IMG/VR virus record: IMGVR_UViG_3300032233_002708
Location: 1-35,768 of that record
Strand: one strand, 5' to 3'
DNA from: a virus
Taxonomy: Duplodnaviria > Caudoviricetes
Length of the DNA stretch: 35,768 nt
The notes beneath the pieces were generated by a model. It saw only the letters and a list, made by a program, of their open reading frames with translations, had not been told where the DNA came from and did no database searches. Of the stretch, positions 35,398 through 35,768 are shown one piece after another. Position 1 is the first letter of the stretch; each line of letters opens with the position of its first letter. The position numbers were made by a program, and so were the translations under genes.

Positions 35398-35768
35398 TCA
35401 ATTAATTGACAACATAGAAGCTGCCTTCAAATATGCACCCATTGAACCAGAGTAAGACTCTGTTAAGTTGGATACGCCCTCTGAAAGAGTTTCAGGTTGT
35501 GATATTGGAGTTGCTTTTCTGGTTGGGAAAAAAGATTCCCTCAAGATCTCCAGCTTTTCACGATATTCTTTTTCACTCTCAAACTCAACACTTTCGGCAA
35601 GTGAAGCGAGCTTTTCTTTCTGAGTGGTCGATAGACCTTCAGATACATAATCAAAGATTCTTACAGCAACCGACTCAGAAAGACGATTGTTTAAAGTAAT
35701 ATTTTTCTCACTTTGCTCGTTGAGTTTTGTTTCCATTTCATCAAGTTTTTCTACCATACTCTGTAGTA
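35398..35768 (-). CDS. gp22: Prohead core scaffolding protein (gp22), 5' end beyond the window
   Basis: Frame is open to the right edge; GLSTTQKEKLASLAESVEF...LRESFF...MGAYL; directly upstream of gp23. Confidence 0.92.
   Translation of the reverse strand, partial: LQSMVEKLDEMETKLNEQSEKNITLNNRLSESVAVRIFDYVSEGLSTTQKEKLASLAESVEFESEKEYREKLEILRESFFPTRKATPISQPETLSEGVSNLTESYSGSMGAYLKAASMLSIN

Noticed and set aside
4679-35699. Remaining short nested or antisense ORFs in the track (e.g. 16702..17142, 21085..21429, 34616..34984)
   Set aside because: They lie within well-supported genes and show no independent signals.
1-35768. tRNA genes, CRISPR arrays, IS elements, alternative genetic code
   Set aside because: No cloverleaf, spaced repeats or transposase seen; core genes are intact in the standard code.

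Overview
AT-rich segment of a T4-like myovirus genome. Gene content and order point to a cyanophage of the Kyanoviridae type; the host is inferred, not shown. Nearly all genes are on the minus strand. Reading right to left: gp22 (partial), gp23, a GIY-YIG/NUMOD3 homing endonuclease, gp3, uvsY, uvsW, gp55, gp47, gp46, an HExxH-vWA protein plus CobS-like AAA+ ATPase, gp45, gp44, gp62, regA, hsp20, gp43, uvsX, gp41, mazG, a block of late-promoter genes (HIGH-family nucleotidyltransferase and probable virion-internal proteins), gp61, nrdA, nrdB, small ORFs, a stand-alone GIY-YIG nuclease (the only clear + strand gene) and a second GIY-YIG endonuclease cut by the left edge. The most interesting signals are non-coding: (1) a ~56-nt late-promoter sRNA whose hairpin carries a 13-nt perfect complement to the predicted first 13 nt of the adjacent endonuclease mRNA; (2) a late promoter that starts inside the gp23 terminator, next to a recoded duplicate of the last gp23 codons; (3) two more orphan-promoter ncRNA/origin candidates, each adjacent to members of a three-gene Sm/Hfq-like family. 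All assignments come from visual motif recognition; no searches were run.
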